A DNA stretch of 32,550 nucleotides, from contig JANOAV010000209.1 of assembly GCA_031411295.1 (NCBI GenBank), positions 1 through 32,550 on the forward strand, given 5' to 3'. A program made the translations under genes and the position numbers. Shown here piece by piece: positions 1 through 10,143 of this stretch. Every line of letters begins with the position of its first letter. Position 1 is the stretch's first letter. Source of the stretch: Verrucomicrobiales bacterium (GTDB lineage: Bacteria > Verrucomicrobiota > Verrucomicrobiia > Verrucomicrobiales > V1-33). Below the pieces are notes generated by a model that was not told the DNA's origin, searched no databases, and saw nothing but the letters and a program-made list of their open reading frames with translations.

Positions 1-637
1 CCTCATTGGCTATTTCATACTCACGATCCGCCGTGGATCCGTGGTGAGTGACAGTTTCATGAAGACGGCGGATGCCCTGATTCGGAAGCAGGACTACTTG
101 GGGCTGCTCGCGGTGTGCAACCGCCGCAGTGAATGCATCGCTCAAATCACCCAAAAAACCTTGGATTTTGCCACAAAGAACCCCACCGCCACTTTCGATG
201 AAGTGCGTGAGGTGACCGAAGCGGAAGGTCAGCGGCAAGCCAGTGCCTTGGTCCAGCGGATTACCTACATGGCGGACATCGGGAAGGTGGCTCCTCTGAT
301 TGGACTTCTGGGCACGGTGTTCGGGATCATCAAACAGTTCGCCCAGATCTCCCAGGAAAAAATGCTCGCAGCTCAGCTGAAATTTGCCGGAGGCGTTTCC
401 GAGGCGCTGCTGAATACCGCAGCGGGCCTCTTCATCGCCATTCCTTCGGTGGTGGTATTTTCCATCTATCGCGGCCGGGTCAGTGCTCTCATCAGCGAGA
501 TGGAGGCCGCTACCACCCATATTATGGCCCTGCTGGCAGCACAGTATAAACGAGTTACCGCCGCCGCCGCAGCGGCCGCCGCCACTCGTGCCGCGACTCC
601 AGTAAAGGCGGCCAGCCGCACTCGTGGTGAAATTTAA
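1..637 (+). CDS. MotA/TolQ/ExbB proton channel family protein (5' end lies outside the window)
   Basis: ExbB/TolQ TM motifs APLIGLLGTVFGII and GVSEALLNTAAGLFIAIP. The frame is open back to position 2 (LIGYFILTIRRGSV), so the true start is upstream. Confidence 0.92.
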   Translation, partial: LIGYFILTIRRGSVVSDSFMKTADALIRKQDYLGLLAVCNRRSECIAQITQKTLDFATKNPTATFDEVREVTEAEGQRQASALVQRITYMADIGKVAPLIGLLGTVFGIIKQFAQISQEKMLAAQLKFAGGVSEALLNTAAGLFIAIPSVVVFSIYRGRVSALISEMEAATTHIMALLAAQYKRVTAAAAAAAATRAATPVKAASRTRGEI

Positions 638-655
638 CTGCTTCCCCCCTGCGCC

Positions 656-1093
656 ATGAAATTCCGCCCACAGCAGCATATTGAGGAAAGCCCGACGGAT
701 TATCTCATCCCGCTGATGGATGTGCTCTTCATCCTGATCACCTTTTTTGTGGTCGCATTCAGCATGAGCCGGATCGAAACGGAAGTGAATATTTCCGTGC
801 CCGCCAGTGAGTCCACGGACAAGGCCCTCCAGGACGTTGGCCAAGTGGTCATCAATGTGCGCAGCGATGGCACGCTCGTCGTGAACCAAGTGGAGCAATC
901 TCTCGCCCAATTGGAAAATCGGCTGTCCACCATCGCCTCGGTCAATCTGAAGCAGGCCATCGTGGTCCGCGGGGACAAATCCACCGCCTACGAGCACATT
1001 TTTAATGTTCTGGACACCTGCCGAAAAGTAGGGCTTTATCACGTGTCGTTTGCGTCCCAGTCCCCCACTGGTCCCAAACCGGCTGCGCCTTGA
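656..1093 (+). CDS. ExbD/TolR family biopolymer transport protein
   Basis: TM helix with the conserved Asp (LIPLMDVLFILITFF) and C-terminal VVRGDKS...VLD motif; directly follows the exbB-like gene. Confidence 0.92.
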   Translation: MKFRPQQHIEESPTDYLIPLMDVLFILITFFVVAFSMSRIETEVNISVPASESTDKALQDVGQVVINVRSDGTLVVNQVEQSLAQLENRLSTIASVNLKQAIVVRGDKSTAYEHIFNVLDTCRKVGLYHVSFASQSPTGPKPAAP

Positions 1094-1138
1094 AATTTCC
1101 CCTAGCATTCTTGGCTTCCTGCTTATTAATCTCCCCTC

Positions 1139-3631
1139 ATGAAATTGTCCACCCTCTCGGCATTACCCCTCATCCTGCTTAGCGCTACGATCTCCTGGTC
1201 GTTGGCGCAGGCCCCGGCCACCCCGCCCAAGGCGCGACCGGTTGAGGACGTCGTGCCCGCTACCCCGAAAGCCAAACCCGTCGAAGATGCCACCCCAGCT
1301 AACGAAGGGACCGGCCCCAAGGAAGGGAAACTCTCCTCCAATCCCGAAGAGGACCTCTTCACCTACGCTCATATGCTGTATAAGCGGGAGGCCTTCGACA
1401 TCGCTGCGGAACAGTTTGGCAAGTTCATCGACGCCTACCCAAGAGGTAAGCGGATCGATGCCGCCCTGACTTACAAAGGCATCTGCCATTTAAAGTTGAA
1501 TCAGGCAGATCAAGCCATGGCCGCATTTGGCGAGACCGTGAAACGGGTAAAAAGCGGCCCTTACTTGGCGTATTGTGCTTCGCAGTTGGGGATTCTAAAG
1601 CTGAACGATAGCAAACGGGCCGAAGCCGCCATTCTATTTGGGATTGCCGCCACCAATGCAGAGAAGCCGGACGATAAGCTCCAGTATCGCTATTACCAAG
1701 GCGTGGCGCTGAGGGATTCGGACAAGCCATTGGAAGCTCAGGCCGCATTCGAGGCCGCCATGAAGATTACGGGAACCACCACTCCAGGAGCGATCCTCTT
1801 TCAGAATAAATCAGAACTCCAGGTTGCTAACTACCTTCTCGGAATCGGGAAGAAAACCCTGGCCATGGGGCACTTCGAAAAGCTCGCCAAGGAATCCTCC
1901 CTGCCAGCCATCAAGGCTGAGGCGGCCGTATCCGCCGGCCTGACCTCGATCGATCTTGGCAAGACCAAGGAGGCCATTCCATTCTTTGAGTCTGTGGCCA
2001 AGATGGGAGCCGATGCGAAATGGTCCTCGCTCGCAAAATTCGGTTTAATTCGTGCCGCCTACGCTCAGGAACAATGGGCCAAAGTAACCGAGGCTTGGCG
2101 CAACTTGGACATTAAGGAGATTTCCGTCGAATCGCGCTCCCAGCTGCTGGTGATGGTGGGCAATGCCTACCGCGTGCAGGAACAATATGCCCGCGCGATT
2201 GATGTTTACAGCATGGTGCAGCAATATTTCCCAGACTCCAAGGATGCTAGTGAGGCAGAATATCGGAAATTGGTTTGCCTCTACAAACTGAAAGATCCCC
2301 GCACCGACACCGCCGCCGAGGAGTTCATCACCCGCGTCAAGCAATCGGACCCCAACAGCGAATTCCTTGACATGGCGCGACTGATGCGCGCTGAAGACAG
2401 TTTCGCCAAGAAGAAATGGGAACTGGCTGCCAAATCCTACACGGGAATTCGCATCGAAAAGATCCCCGAGGAATTGCGCTCCAGCATGCTTTATCGCAAG
2501 GGATTTGCCGAAGCGCAGAACAATCAATACGGTGCCGCCATTGATAGCCTAACTCAGTTCATTAATCTGACCCCCAAGGATCCGCTGATCCCCCAGGCCT
2601 TGGTGCGGCGGGCGCAGTGCTATTTGGAACTCAAGGATTTGAGCAACGCCATCAAGGAATTCGATGCGGTCGTGGATAAGTATCCGGATGCGAAGGAAGC
2701 GGAGGAAGCATTCCGCCTCGGTGGTCTCCTGCGAGGTCAGGATAAGAATTACGAGGGTATGATCCAGCGCCTGACGGCCATGCTGGAACGTTATCCCACC
2801 AGCAAATACAAAGGGGAATGCAAATTTTGGATCGGCACGGGGCTTTACGGCCTCAAGAAATGGAAAGAATGCCTTGATCCACTCCGGGATGCCCAAAAGC
2901 TGTTTCCCGAGCAGTTTGAAGACGCCTCAGTAAAAGTGATCGTCGCCCTCACCTACTTGGAGGATGTTGACTCACTCGGCACCGCCGTCGACACTTATCT
3001 GAAAACCAATCCCAAAACTCCCATCAATGGACGGATTCTGGAGTATTTGGGAAGCCGCCGCTACTCGGAGAAAAACTACCCAGCCGCCGCCAAGTATTTG
3101 GGCTTGGCCACTAGTTCCGCGCAGGAGTCGGATTTGCGCCCCATTACCTGGTTCCAGCTCTCAGAATCCCGCTTAAACACGAGCGATTTCGAAGGCACCC
3201 TCAAAAGCGTCACCAGATTGCTTGATGGCAACTCCGATTTACCTGCCGACACCAAGGCCAAGACGTATTATTTCCGGGGCAAGGCTCTGTTGGGATTGAA
3301 AAAACATGATGAAGCGAAGACGGCCGCAGATGCCGGCCTCCAACTCCACACGCAGGATATCAACGAATCCAGGCTTTATTTCCTGCGGGGCGAAATCGAA
3401 GCCGCACGTGGTAACGATGACGAGGCCGCCAGCAACTACGTCCTCACCACCCAACTCGTATTGAACGACGAATTAGCCGTCGAAGCTTACCGCCGGTTGG
3501 TCCAAATTTTCAGCAAGAACAAACAGTTAGACAAAGCAGCTCAGTTTCTTGAGAAATTCCGTGCCACCTTCCCCAAAGAGGCTGCCGCTTTCGAGAAGGA
3601 AGATGCCTCGGTCGCCTCGAAGCAACAGTAA
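1139..3631 (+). CDS. Secreted multi-TPR repeat protein (CpoB/BamD-like repeats)
   Basis: Signal peptide, short Pro-rich linker, then many TPR helix pairs (e.g. F..FIDAYP, FDAVVDKYPDAKEAEEA); in an operon with exbB/exbD. Confidence 0.85.
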   Translation: MKLSTLSALPLILLSATISWSLAQAPATPPKARPVEDVVPATPKAKPVEDATPANEGTGPKEGKLSSNPEEDLFTYAHMLYKREAFDIAAEQFGKFIDAYPRGKRIDAALTYKGICHLKLNQADQAMAAFGETVKRVKSGPYLAYCASQLGILKLNDSKRAEAAILFGIAATNAEKPDDKLQYRYYQGVALRDSDKPLEAQAAFEAAMKITGTTTPGAILFQNKSELQVANYLLGIGKKTLAMGHFEKLAKESSLPAIKAEAAVSAGLTSIDLGKTKEAIPFFESVAKMGADAKWSSLAKFGLIRAAYAQEQWAKVTEAWRNLDIKEISVESRSQLLVMVGNAYRVQEQYARAIDVYSMVQQYFPDSKDASEAEYRKLVCLYKLKDPRTDTAAEEFITRVKQSDPNSEFLDMARLMRAEDSFAKKKWELAAKSYTGIRIEKIPEELRSSMLYRKGFAEAQNNQYGAAIDSLTQFINLTPKDPLIPQALVRRAQCYLELKDLSNAIKEFDAVVDKYPDAKEAEEAFRLGGLLRGQDKNYEGMIQRLTAMLERYPTSKYKGECKFWIGTGLYGLKKWKECLDPLRDAQKLFPEQFEDASVKVIVALTYLEDVDSLGTAVDTYLKTNPKTPINGRILEYLGSRRYSEKNYPAAAKYLGLATSSAQESDLRPITWFQLSESRLNTSDFEGTLKSVTRLLDGNSDLPADTKAKTYYFRGKALLGLKKHDEAKTAADAGLQLHTQDINESRLYFLRGEIEAARGNDDEAASNYVLTTQLVLNDELAVEAYRRLVQIFSKNKQLDKAAQFLEKFRATFPKEAAAFEKEDASVASKQQ

Positions 3632-3681
3632 CTCTGGGTTCGGTTGGCGTTCGTTGGCAGCAGCAAAAAGGACTCAGGTGG

Positions 3682-4800
3682 CTAGGCCATTTCCGGGAAA
3701 CATGCGAGGATGCCAGCCTCAGACGCAGGGCTTATGCCGCGCTCGGTAATCAGCCCGGTGATCAGGCGGGCTGGGGTGACATCAAAGGCCGGATTAGCCG
3801 CCGTGGAGGATGAGGCCAGGATTTGGAATTCCAATTCCTGGCCGTTATTGAGCGGTGGCGCCACCCCCAGCAGATGCGTCACTTCGCGCGGATCCCGCTG
3901 CTCAATGGGAATCTCCTGCAAACCATCCCGCAGCTTCCAATCGAAGGTGGAACTGGGAAGCGCCACATAAAATGGCACGCCATTGTCAACCGCCGCCAGC
4001 GCCTTGAGGTAGGTGCCTATCTTGTTGGCCACATCGCCCTGGCGGGTCACCCGATCCGCCCCGGTCAGCACCAGATCCACTAAGCCATGCTGCATCAAGT
4101 GCCCCCCCGCATTATCCGCGATAACCGTGTGCGGCACGCCGTGCTGCGCTAGTTCCCACGCAGTGAGTCGCGCGCCTTGATTGCGAGGGCGCGTTTCGTC
4201 CACCCAGACATGAATCGGAATTCCAGCATTGTGCGCGGCGTAGATGGGGGCGGTGGCAGACCCAAGATCCACAAATGCCAGCCATCCCGCATTACAATGA
4301 GTTAAGATATTCGTGACGGCGGCAGCGGAGCGATCCTGCTTTAGACGCAAGGCTTGAATCATTTTGAGCCCGTGTCGGCCAATGGCGGCACAGGCAGCGA
4401 GATCCTCCGTGGCAATCGCCTCAGCCTCAAGTTGGGCCCGTTCCACCCAGTCAGCGGGAGGCACCTGCAGCAATACTTGCTCCATGCGTGTGACCGCCCA
4501 AGCTAAATTCACCGCTGTGGGTCTGGTCTCTGTTAGGGTTTTTCCCAGCCGCTGCAGTTGGCTCCACGATCCCTCCGCTTCCCGGGCGGCCAGGACCATG
4601 CCATAGGCAGCCGTAGCCCCAATGCAACCGGCTCCGCGCACCACCATCTGGCGAATCGCGTCAGCTACCGCTGCGACCGAATCCAAGGTCAGCAGCGCGA
4701 ACGCAAATGGCAATTTGCGTTGATCAATCACCTGCACGGCTAGCGGGCGTTGGTCCGGTTCCATCCAAACGGTGCGATAATGATGTCCCTGAACTAGCAT
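3682..4800 (-). CDS. mtnA: S-methyl-5-thioribose-1-phosphate isomerase
   Basis: Motifs IDQRKLP, MVVRGAGCIG, TRPTAVNL, THCNAGWLA, DETRPRNQGARLT, GADR and ANKIGTY. Confidence 0.93.
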   Translation of the reverse strand: MLVQGHHYRTVWMEPDQRPLAVQVIDQRKLPFAFALLTLDSVAAVADAIRQMVVRGAGCIGATAAYGMVLAAREAEGSWSQLQRLGKTLTETRPTAVNLAWAVTRMEQVLLQVPPADWVERAQLEAEAIATEDLAACAAIGRHGLKMIQALRLKQDRSAAAVTNILTHCNAGWLAFVDLGSATAPIYAAHNAGIPIHVWVDETRPRNQGARLTAWELAQHGVPHTVIADNAGGHLMQHGLVDLVLTGADRVTRQGDVANKIGTYLKALAAVDNGVPFYVALPSSTFDWKLRDGLQEIPIEQRDPREVTHLLGVAPPLNNGQELEFQILASSSTAANPAFDVTPARLITGLITERGISPASEAGILACFPEMA

Positions 4801-4848
4801 GATTTGGCGTGGAGCCCGGCCCGGAACGGATTGCCGTCGCTGGCGGGC

Positions 4849-5814
4849 TTATTTGTTCATTTTCTTCAACTCAGACTGCAGACGCAGCATAACGACCCGA
4901 GCTACTTGGATTTCTTTCTCGATCACCATCCGCGCAGCACGCAACTCCTGTTGGGCGGCCCTGCTGTCCATGCCGCGTTGCAGACTGAGGCTCTTGGCAT
5001 TTTTCTGGGATGCTTGTGCTTCCTTAGCCTTAAGCACTCCCGTCTGGCGGGTCGCATCTTCGATGAAGATCTGGAGCTTGCTGATTTGCGTGCGCAGCGC
5101 GATCACAGAATTCTGGAAGTAACCGTCCGTCGCTAGTTCTGACTCCGAAGCCACTGCTTCCTCCGGTGCTGCCGGAACCAGCGGTCGCGCTGGAATGGCG
5201 AAGGCGCTGAGGAACGCGTTGACCGATTCATGCTGCGGAGGCGAAGGGGGGAGATTCAGCGTCGGCCACCACTCTGGTTGCAGACGATCGGCCAGGGCAG
5301 GCGACAAATCTTTAAACGTCACTCGACTCATGCCTGCATCATGCTCCAAGGTCACCTCGCCTGGGCGGAGCGCCTTTAATTTCACGTTGATCAGGGTTTC
5401 TCCCTTGGGACCGGGCACGTTCGGCACTGGCGAGGTCTCCATTGCCTTCTGCACAGCTTCGATCGCGGTCTGCATCGAGGCATTGGCCGACCGCCACTGC
5501 GGCTGCAGCAGCTTCAGCTTCGCCTGTGTTTCGCGGAGTTTGCTCTGAACTCCAGCGATGGCATTACGCAGCGTTTCGAGATCAGCCTGCTGGATTTTCA
5601 GGTCTCCGAGACGCTCCTCCAAGTGAAGGTGCCGGGACAGCTCGCGGGTGCGCTGGCTCTTGAGCTCCTCCACCACCGTTCGCTGCTTGGATAATTCATA
5701 AATCCCCCAACCATAGCTCGCGCCGAGCCCCACGAGGATCAGCGCAGCCACTCCGCCGCCGACGAGAAGGGGGACGTTTGAGGGGGGCTGAGCGTATTTT
5801 GTGGGTGGGTTCAT
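4849..5814 (-). CDS. Hypothetical membrane-anchored coiled-coil protein
   Basis: 321-aa ORF with one N-terminal TM segment and two coiled coils flanking a small beta-rich domain (GETLINVKL...EHDAGMSRVTFKDLSP). ATGA overlap with the upstream ORF. Confidence 0.7.
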   Translation of the reverse strand: MNPPTKYAQPPSNVPLLVGGGVAALILVGLGASYGWGIYELSKQRTVVEELKSQRTRELSRHLHLEERLGDLKIQQADLETLRNAIAGVQSKLRETQAKLKLLQPQWRSANASMQTAIEAVQKAMETSPVPNVPGPKGETLINVKLKALRPGEVTLEHDAGMSRVTFKDLSPALADRLQPEWWPTLNLPPSPPQHESVNAFLSAFAIPARPLVPAAPEEAVASESELATDGYFQNSVIALRTQISKLQIFIEDATRQTGVLKAKEAQASQKNAKSLSLQRGMDSRAAQQELRAARMVIEKEIQVARVVMLRLQSELKKMNK

Positions 5815-6167
5815 GGTGCGAGGTATTTGGCGCGGTAACGCTCTGCTTGCAGATTCGTTTCCTTAACGTTGTCCGTAACCACACTAACGCTCGCTTCAAG
5901 AAAAGCCGTTGCTGCCACTAACGTCTCCAGTTCTTTGGTCAGCAATGCCTTGGAGGCACCGAATTGAGGATACTGCCGTTCTAACGTGGTGATTTTCGCC
6001 TGGGTGGAGGCGGCCTGCTGCGTGAGGCCATCCACCTCCTGCTGTAGGGCTGCCTGCTGCGCCCGGGCCTGTTGCAGCGCGTCACCAGAGCAACTAACGG
6101 CCAGCAGGCTGCACCCGAACCCCAGCGAGAAGGTCTGGTTCAAAAAAAGAGAGAGTAAACGAATCAT
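5811..6167 (-). CDS. Hypothetical small coiled-coil protein, probable lipoprotein
   Basis: 118-aa ORF with a lipobox-like LAVSC followed by a heptad-rich helix; its stop overlaps the start of 4849..5814. Confidence 0.6.
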   Translation of the reverse strand: MIRLLSLFLNQTFSLGFGCSLLAVSCSGDALQQARAQQAALQQEVDGLTQQAASTQAKITTLERQYPQFGASKALLTKELETLVAATAFLEASVSVVTDNVKETNLQAERYRAKYLAP

Positions 6168-6222
6168 GCACGTTAGGCTCGACGATGATTTCCTTTTTTC
6201 CAGTAAAACTATTATGCTATCG

Positions 6223-6256
6223 AAAAAATGCCGCAGACCCGAAGGCCTGCGGCATT
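6223..6256 (-). terminator. Rho-independent terminator of the RRM gene
   Basis: Minus strand reads AAUGCCGCAGGCC-UUCG-GGUCUGCGGCAUU-UUUU (cUUCGg tetraloop), about 18 nt after the stop codon. Confidence 0.9.
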
Positions 6257-6274
6257 GTGATTCAGTAGGCGTAA

Positions 6275-7210
6275 TTAGGCCTGGGACCTGGGCTCAGCGT
6301 CGGCGTCCTCGGGGCGTTCGTCACGCTCGTTTGGCTCGTCGCGCTCGCGGCGGGGACCTTCTGGCTTGGGGCCTTTGGCGGATCCCACCGTGATGGCCCG
6401 GCCCATGAAGGGCTTGCCATGCAGCTCGGAGGCCGCCCGCTTGGCGTCTTCCAGGGAGGTCAGGGAAACGAAGCCAAACCCCTTGGAGCGTTGGGTGCGG
6501 GTGTGGGTCACGATCTCGGCATTGGTGACTTTGCCAATCGTGTTGAAGAGCGTGAATAGATCACTCTCCGTGGTGTCATAGGAGAGGTTCCCCACGTGCA
6601 GTCGCGCGGTGGTGATGCTCTCCAGGTCCACTGGTTGTGGGGCCCGTTGTTCCCGGGGCTCACGGGGTTCCCGTGGCTCGCGCGGAGCGGCGGGTTCACG
6701 CCGCGGGCGCTCAGAACGCTCGGAACGTTCAGGGCGCTCCCCTCGTTCCGGACGGTCTCCTCTGTGTGGACCATCGCCTCTGCGGCCACCTTCACGGCGG
6801 TCTCCGCCACGACGGTCGCGATCCCGCTCGTTGCGCGGACGATCTCCCCTGCTTTCGGGGCGGGGGCCTCTAGCACCCGGCTTGGGGGCTGGCGGGGCTG
6901 GTTTCTTGTCTCCACCCAGCAGGCCGAAACTAAGGAACTTCAGAATGCGCTTGCCCATGGGAGCCTTGGGTGCGGGCTTGTCACGGTAAACGCGTTCGTA
7001 TTCTCCTCCGCCAAAGGTCTTCGGCCGATCTCTTTCAGGGCGCTCCTGGGGCGGGGTGTAATCGGTGAGGCCGCCTTCTCGGCGGTAGGTTTCGTGTTCG
7101 GTGCGGGGACGGTCGTCCCTATTTCCACCAGAATTCTGGCGACGGCGGTTGTTGTTGTTGTTTCCGCCTGGGCGGCGGGAGCGGTGCTCGGTGTTTTGTG
7201 GTTCGGACAT
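6275..7210 (-). CDS. RRM-domain RNA-binding protein with a long low-complexity N-terminus
   Basis: RNP2 LHVGNL and RNP1 KGFGFV; the N-terminal ~200 aa are R/G/D/E/P-rich. Start placed at the ATG at 7210 (MSEPQ) rather than the TTG at 7327. Confidence 0.88.
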   Translation of the reverse strand: MSEPQNTEHRSRRPGGNNNNNRRRQNSGGNRDDRPRTEHETYRREGGLTDYTPPQERPERDRPKTFGGGEYERVYRDKPAPKAPMGKRILKFLSFGLLGGDKKPAPPAPKPGARGPRPESRGDRPRNERDRDRRGGDRREGGRRGDGPHRGDRPERGERPERSERSERPRREPAAPREPREPREPREQRAPQPVDLESITTARLHVGNLSYDTTESDLFTLFNTIGKVTNAEIVTHTRTQRSKGFGFVSLTSLEDAKRAASELHGKPFMGRAITVGSAKGPKPEGPRRERDEPNERDERPEDADAEPRSQA

Positions 7211-7626
7211 GGGTTTCACCCGGGTGGGTATGGTTGCTGTGCGGTATGTTACCAGGTGGAATGTCCGGCGGATCGGCCCACAATCTCGGGATTTGGAAGT
7301 TGCAATCGATACTCGAATTGCTGTCAAAATCGCCTAAATGCCGCGGCCCGCCGTGGCAGGGAAATTCTCTAGCGCTTTCCCGCCCACTCCACAGTGTATT
7401 GGAGCAATCTGGCTTGAGGCAAGCAGTCCCGACTCTGCAGAACGCAGAGTTTACCGTATATAAGCCACGGAGGGGATCATTCATCTCAGAGAGCGGTCAT
7501 TGTTCCAATGGAATCCTTAAGTGTAATTTAACTTCTGGCAAGTGCTGAATTTCCCAGCCCCTCCCGCGCTTATTCATCTCCCCTGCGGGTGGTCTAGGCA
7601 GACCTCGGTGCGGTGCTCGGTCCACC

Positions 7627-8658
7627 TCACGCCCAAATTCCGGGCCACAGGAGAAGCACCGCTGGCGTGCAGAGGGTGAGAAACAGGAGGACTTCCAATT
7701 TCGTAGGCGAGAGTTTCTTCAGGAAACCACACAGCACCAGCATTCCGCTCAAACTTCCTCCCAGCGCCAGACACATGCGTCGATCCGTCAAATTCGACTC
7801 TGGCAGCACCCGATTCCACAACGGATGCAGCATCGCCAGCGCCACGCAGAGCGTTAGCGGGATTAATTTTGAGAGCAACTTCTGCTCCACGCCGTCCGGC
7901 AACGTCGCGAACCGGCGGATCCAGCGATTCACTCCCACGACCATGGCAATCACCATCGTTTGATCGCCAGCGAAGAGTTGCGGCACTTCCCCACCCCAGA
8001 TCCCTGGAGCCAAACTCACCCCAGCCGCAAAGAGATACGCTGCAATGCACTCCTGGGCTAAATGAAGCTGTGGCCGCTCCATTTGCGGAGTCCGCAACGC
8101 CAACCAGATCCCCACCGCACAGCCCAGCGACAACCACGTCCGCGCCACCACTCCCACCGCGCTTTGGCCATCGAACTTCAGCCCCATCCACACGGCGGCG
8201 GCAAAAAATGCGCTCACCATCACCGTCAACTGCTGCGCGGCCCGCTTCTGCCCCGCCATGGGCCAGGAACCGACATAAAATCCCACCGCCACCACCAGCG
8301 GCAGCGCGGACAGCACAATATGCTGGCTCACCTTGAAAAGCCCCAAATATACCGCCAAGCCCACCGCTGCCACCAAGCAGAGCGCCAGCACCCCCTTGCG
8401 AACGTCGTCCGTTTCCTGCGGACGGAGCAAGCGGGCGATCAATCCGATCACCCAGGTCAGACTCGCCAAAGCCAGCGCATCCCAGACCCAGAAGGCCCAG
8501 ACGTGAGGCAGTCGCAGACTCCACGTCGGGTGGTTCAACTTGGTTATAAAAGCCATCCACAGGATCGCCAGCAAAGGAGTCAACAGCGCCAGACCTTTCA
8601 TAGTCTGCCACCATCCACGGGAGGAAATTTCAGGAGCCTCAGCGGCAGGGGAATTCAT
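7627..8658 (-). CDS. Hypothetical integral membrane protein (about 10 TM segments)
   Basis: Long hydrophobic ORF downstream of gnd on the same strand. Start uncertain (ATG 8658 or TTG 8706). Confidence 0.7.
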   Translation of the reverse strand: MNSPAAEAPEISSRGWWQTMKGLALLTPLLAILWMAFITKLNHPTWSLRLPHVWAFWVWDALALASLTWVIGLIARLLRPQETDDVRKGVLALCLVAAVGLAVYLGLFKVSQHIVLSALPLVVAVGFYVGSWPMAGQKRAAQQLTVMVSAFFAAAVWMGLKFDGQSAVGVVARTWLSLGCAVGIWLALRTPQMERPQLHLAQECIAAYLFAAGVSLAPGIWGGEVPQLFAGDQTMVIAMVVGVNRWIRRFATLPDGVEQKLLSKLIPLTLCVALAMLHPLWNRVLPESNLTDRRMCLALGGSLSGMLVLCGFLKKLSPTKLEVLLFLTLCTPAVLLLWPGIWA

Positions 8659-8718
8659 CCGCCTTCCATGCGTGAAGATTTCTGACAAGCAAGGCGGAAA
8701 TGCCAACGGCCTCCAACC

Positions 8719-10143
8719 CTAACCTACCACGTCTGGCCAGTCGGTGTGGAACCATTGCCCGGCCGGCTTGTCCAGGCGCTCATACGTGTGCGCCCCGAAG
8801 AAGTCCCGCTGCGCCTGCAACAAGTTAGCTGGCAGACGTGCTGCGCGATAGCTGTCGAAGTAACCCAGGCTGGCACTGAAGGCCGGCACCGGAATGCCGT
8901 TGGTCACGGCCAGCGCCACTACTTCACGCCAATTTTGCTGGGTGCGATTGAGCAGGTCCTTGAAGAATGGATCCAAGACCAGATTCACCAAGCCGGAGTT
9001 GCGCTCGTAGGCTTCGGTAATGCGATTCAGGAAGCGCGCGCGAATGATGCAACCACCGCGCCAGATGCGGGCGATGCCGCCCAAGTCCAGATTCCATTGC
9101 CTCTTCTCCCCCATCGTTTTGATGAGATCCAAGCCTTGGGCATAGGAAATGATTTTGCTGGCGTAGAGGGCATCGTGCACCTTGGCCACGAGCGTGGCCT
9201 TGGCAGCGGAGAGATCCGGTGTGGGGCCATGCAGTTCCTTGCTGGCGGCCACGCGTTGATCTTTCTTGCTGGAAAGAATCCGGGCTTCCACGGCGGCATT
9301 GATCGTGGAAATGACGATGGCGTTTTCCACCGCGTTTTCCAGGGTCCATTGCCCGGTGCCTTTTTGGCCGGCCTTGTCCACGATGACATCAATAATCGCC
9401 TTGCCCGTGTCCGCGTCCTTTTCTTCGAAGATCTTGCCGCTGATTTGAATCAAGTAGCTTTCCAGTTCACCTTCGTTCCAGTCGCTGAATATTTTCGCCA
9501 TTTCATCCGTGGTAAATCCGGCGGCTTTGAAAATGCTATAGGCTTCGCAAATGAGCTGCATATCGCCATACTCAATTCCGTTGTGCACCATCTTCACATA
9601 GTGCCCAGCACCACCGGGGCCGATGTGCGTTACGCAGGGCACGCCACCGACTTTGGCGGAAATGCTCTCGAAGATCGGCTTCATCACTTCCCACGTGCTG
9701 AGCGGACCGCCCGGCATGATGGACGGGCCCTTCAGCGCGCCTTCTTCACCACCAGAAACGCCCGCCCCAATGAAACGCAGCCCCATCTGGCTCAGCACTT
9801 CATCGCGACGCTCGGTATCGGTGTAGAGGGAGTTTCCGCCGTCGATGATGATATCCCCTTCATCCAGCAGCGGCACCAGGGAGTCGATCACGGCATCCAC
9901 CGGACCGCCGGCCTTGACCATGATTTGAATTTTCCGAGGCGAGGCCAGGCTCTGCACGAACTCTTCCAGCGTCTTGGCCCCGACGAGATTCTTCCCCGGA
10001 TTATCTGCGATAAACTGATCGGTCACAGCCGTGGTCCGATTGTAAACCGAGACTTGGAAGCCGCGGCTTTCCACGTTCAAGACCAAGTTCTGACCCATCA
10101 CGGCCAGACCAATCAAACCAAAATCGCTTTTCTTATCACTCAT
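8719..10143 (-). CDS. gndA: NADP-dependent 6-phosphogluconate dehydrogenase (decarboxylating)
   Basis: GLIGLAVMG, YNRT, VSGGEEGA, VKMVHNGIEY, QKGTG, WRGGCIIRA and QAQRDFFGAHTY motifs; start at MSDKK. Confidence 0.97.
   Translation of the reverse strand: MSDKKSDFGLIGLAVMGQNLVLNVESRGFQVSVYNRTTAVTDQFIADNPGKNLVGAKTLEEFVQSLASPRKIQIMVKAGGPVDAVIDSLVPLLDEGDIIIDGGNSLYTDTERRDEVLSQMGLRFIGAGVSGGEEGALKGPSIMPGGPLSTWEVMKPIFESISAKVGGVPCVTHIGPGGAGHYVKMVHNGIEYGDMQLICEAYSIFKAAGFTTDEMAKIFSDWNEGELESYLIQISGKIFEEKDADTGKAIIDVIVDKAGQKGTGQWTLENAVENAIVISTINAAVEARILSSKKDQRVAASKELHGPTPDLSAAKATLVAKVHDALYASKIISYAQGLDLIKTMGEKRQWNLDLGGIARIWRGGCIIRARFLNRITEAYERNSGLVNLVLDPFFKDLLNRTQQNWREVVALAVTNGIPVPAFSASLGYFDSYRAARLPANLLQAQRDFFGAHTYERLDKPAGQWFHTDWPDVVG

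Noticed and set aside
555..600. GCC-rich repeat encoding poly-Ala in ExbB
   Set aside because: Ordinary low-complexity C-terminal tail.
6640..6760. Short tandem repeats suggesting a CRISPR array or VNTR
   Set aside because: They are degenerate 9-nt coding repeats (PRE/ERS) inside the RRM protein; there are no spacers or cas genes.
7574..8614. Alternative-frame 346-aa ORF
   Set aside because: Gly/Arg-rich off-frame translation overlapping the more plausible membrane-protein frame.
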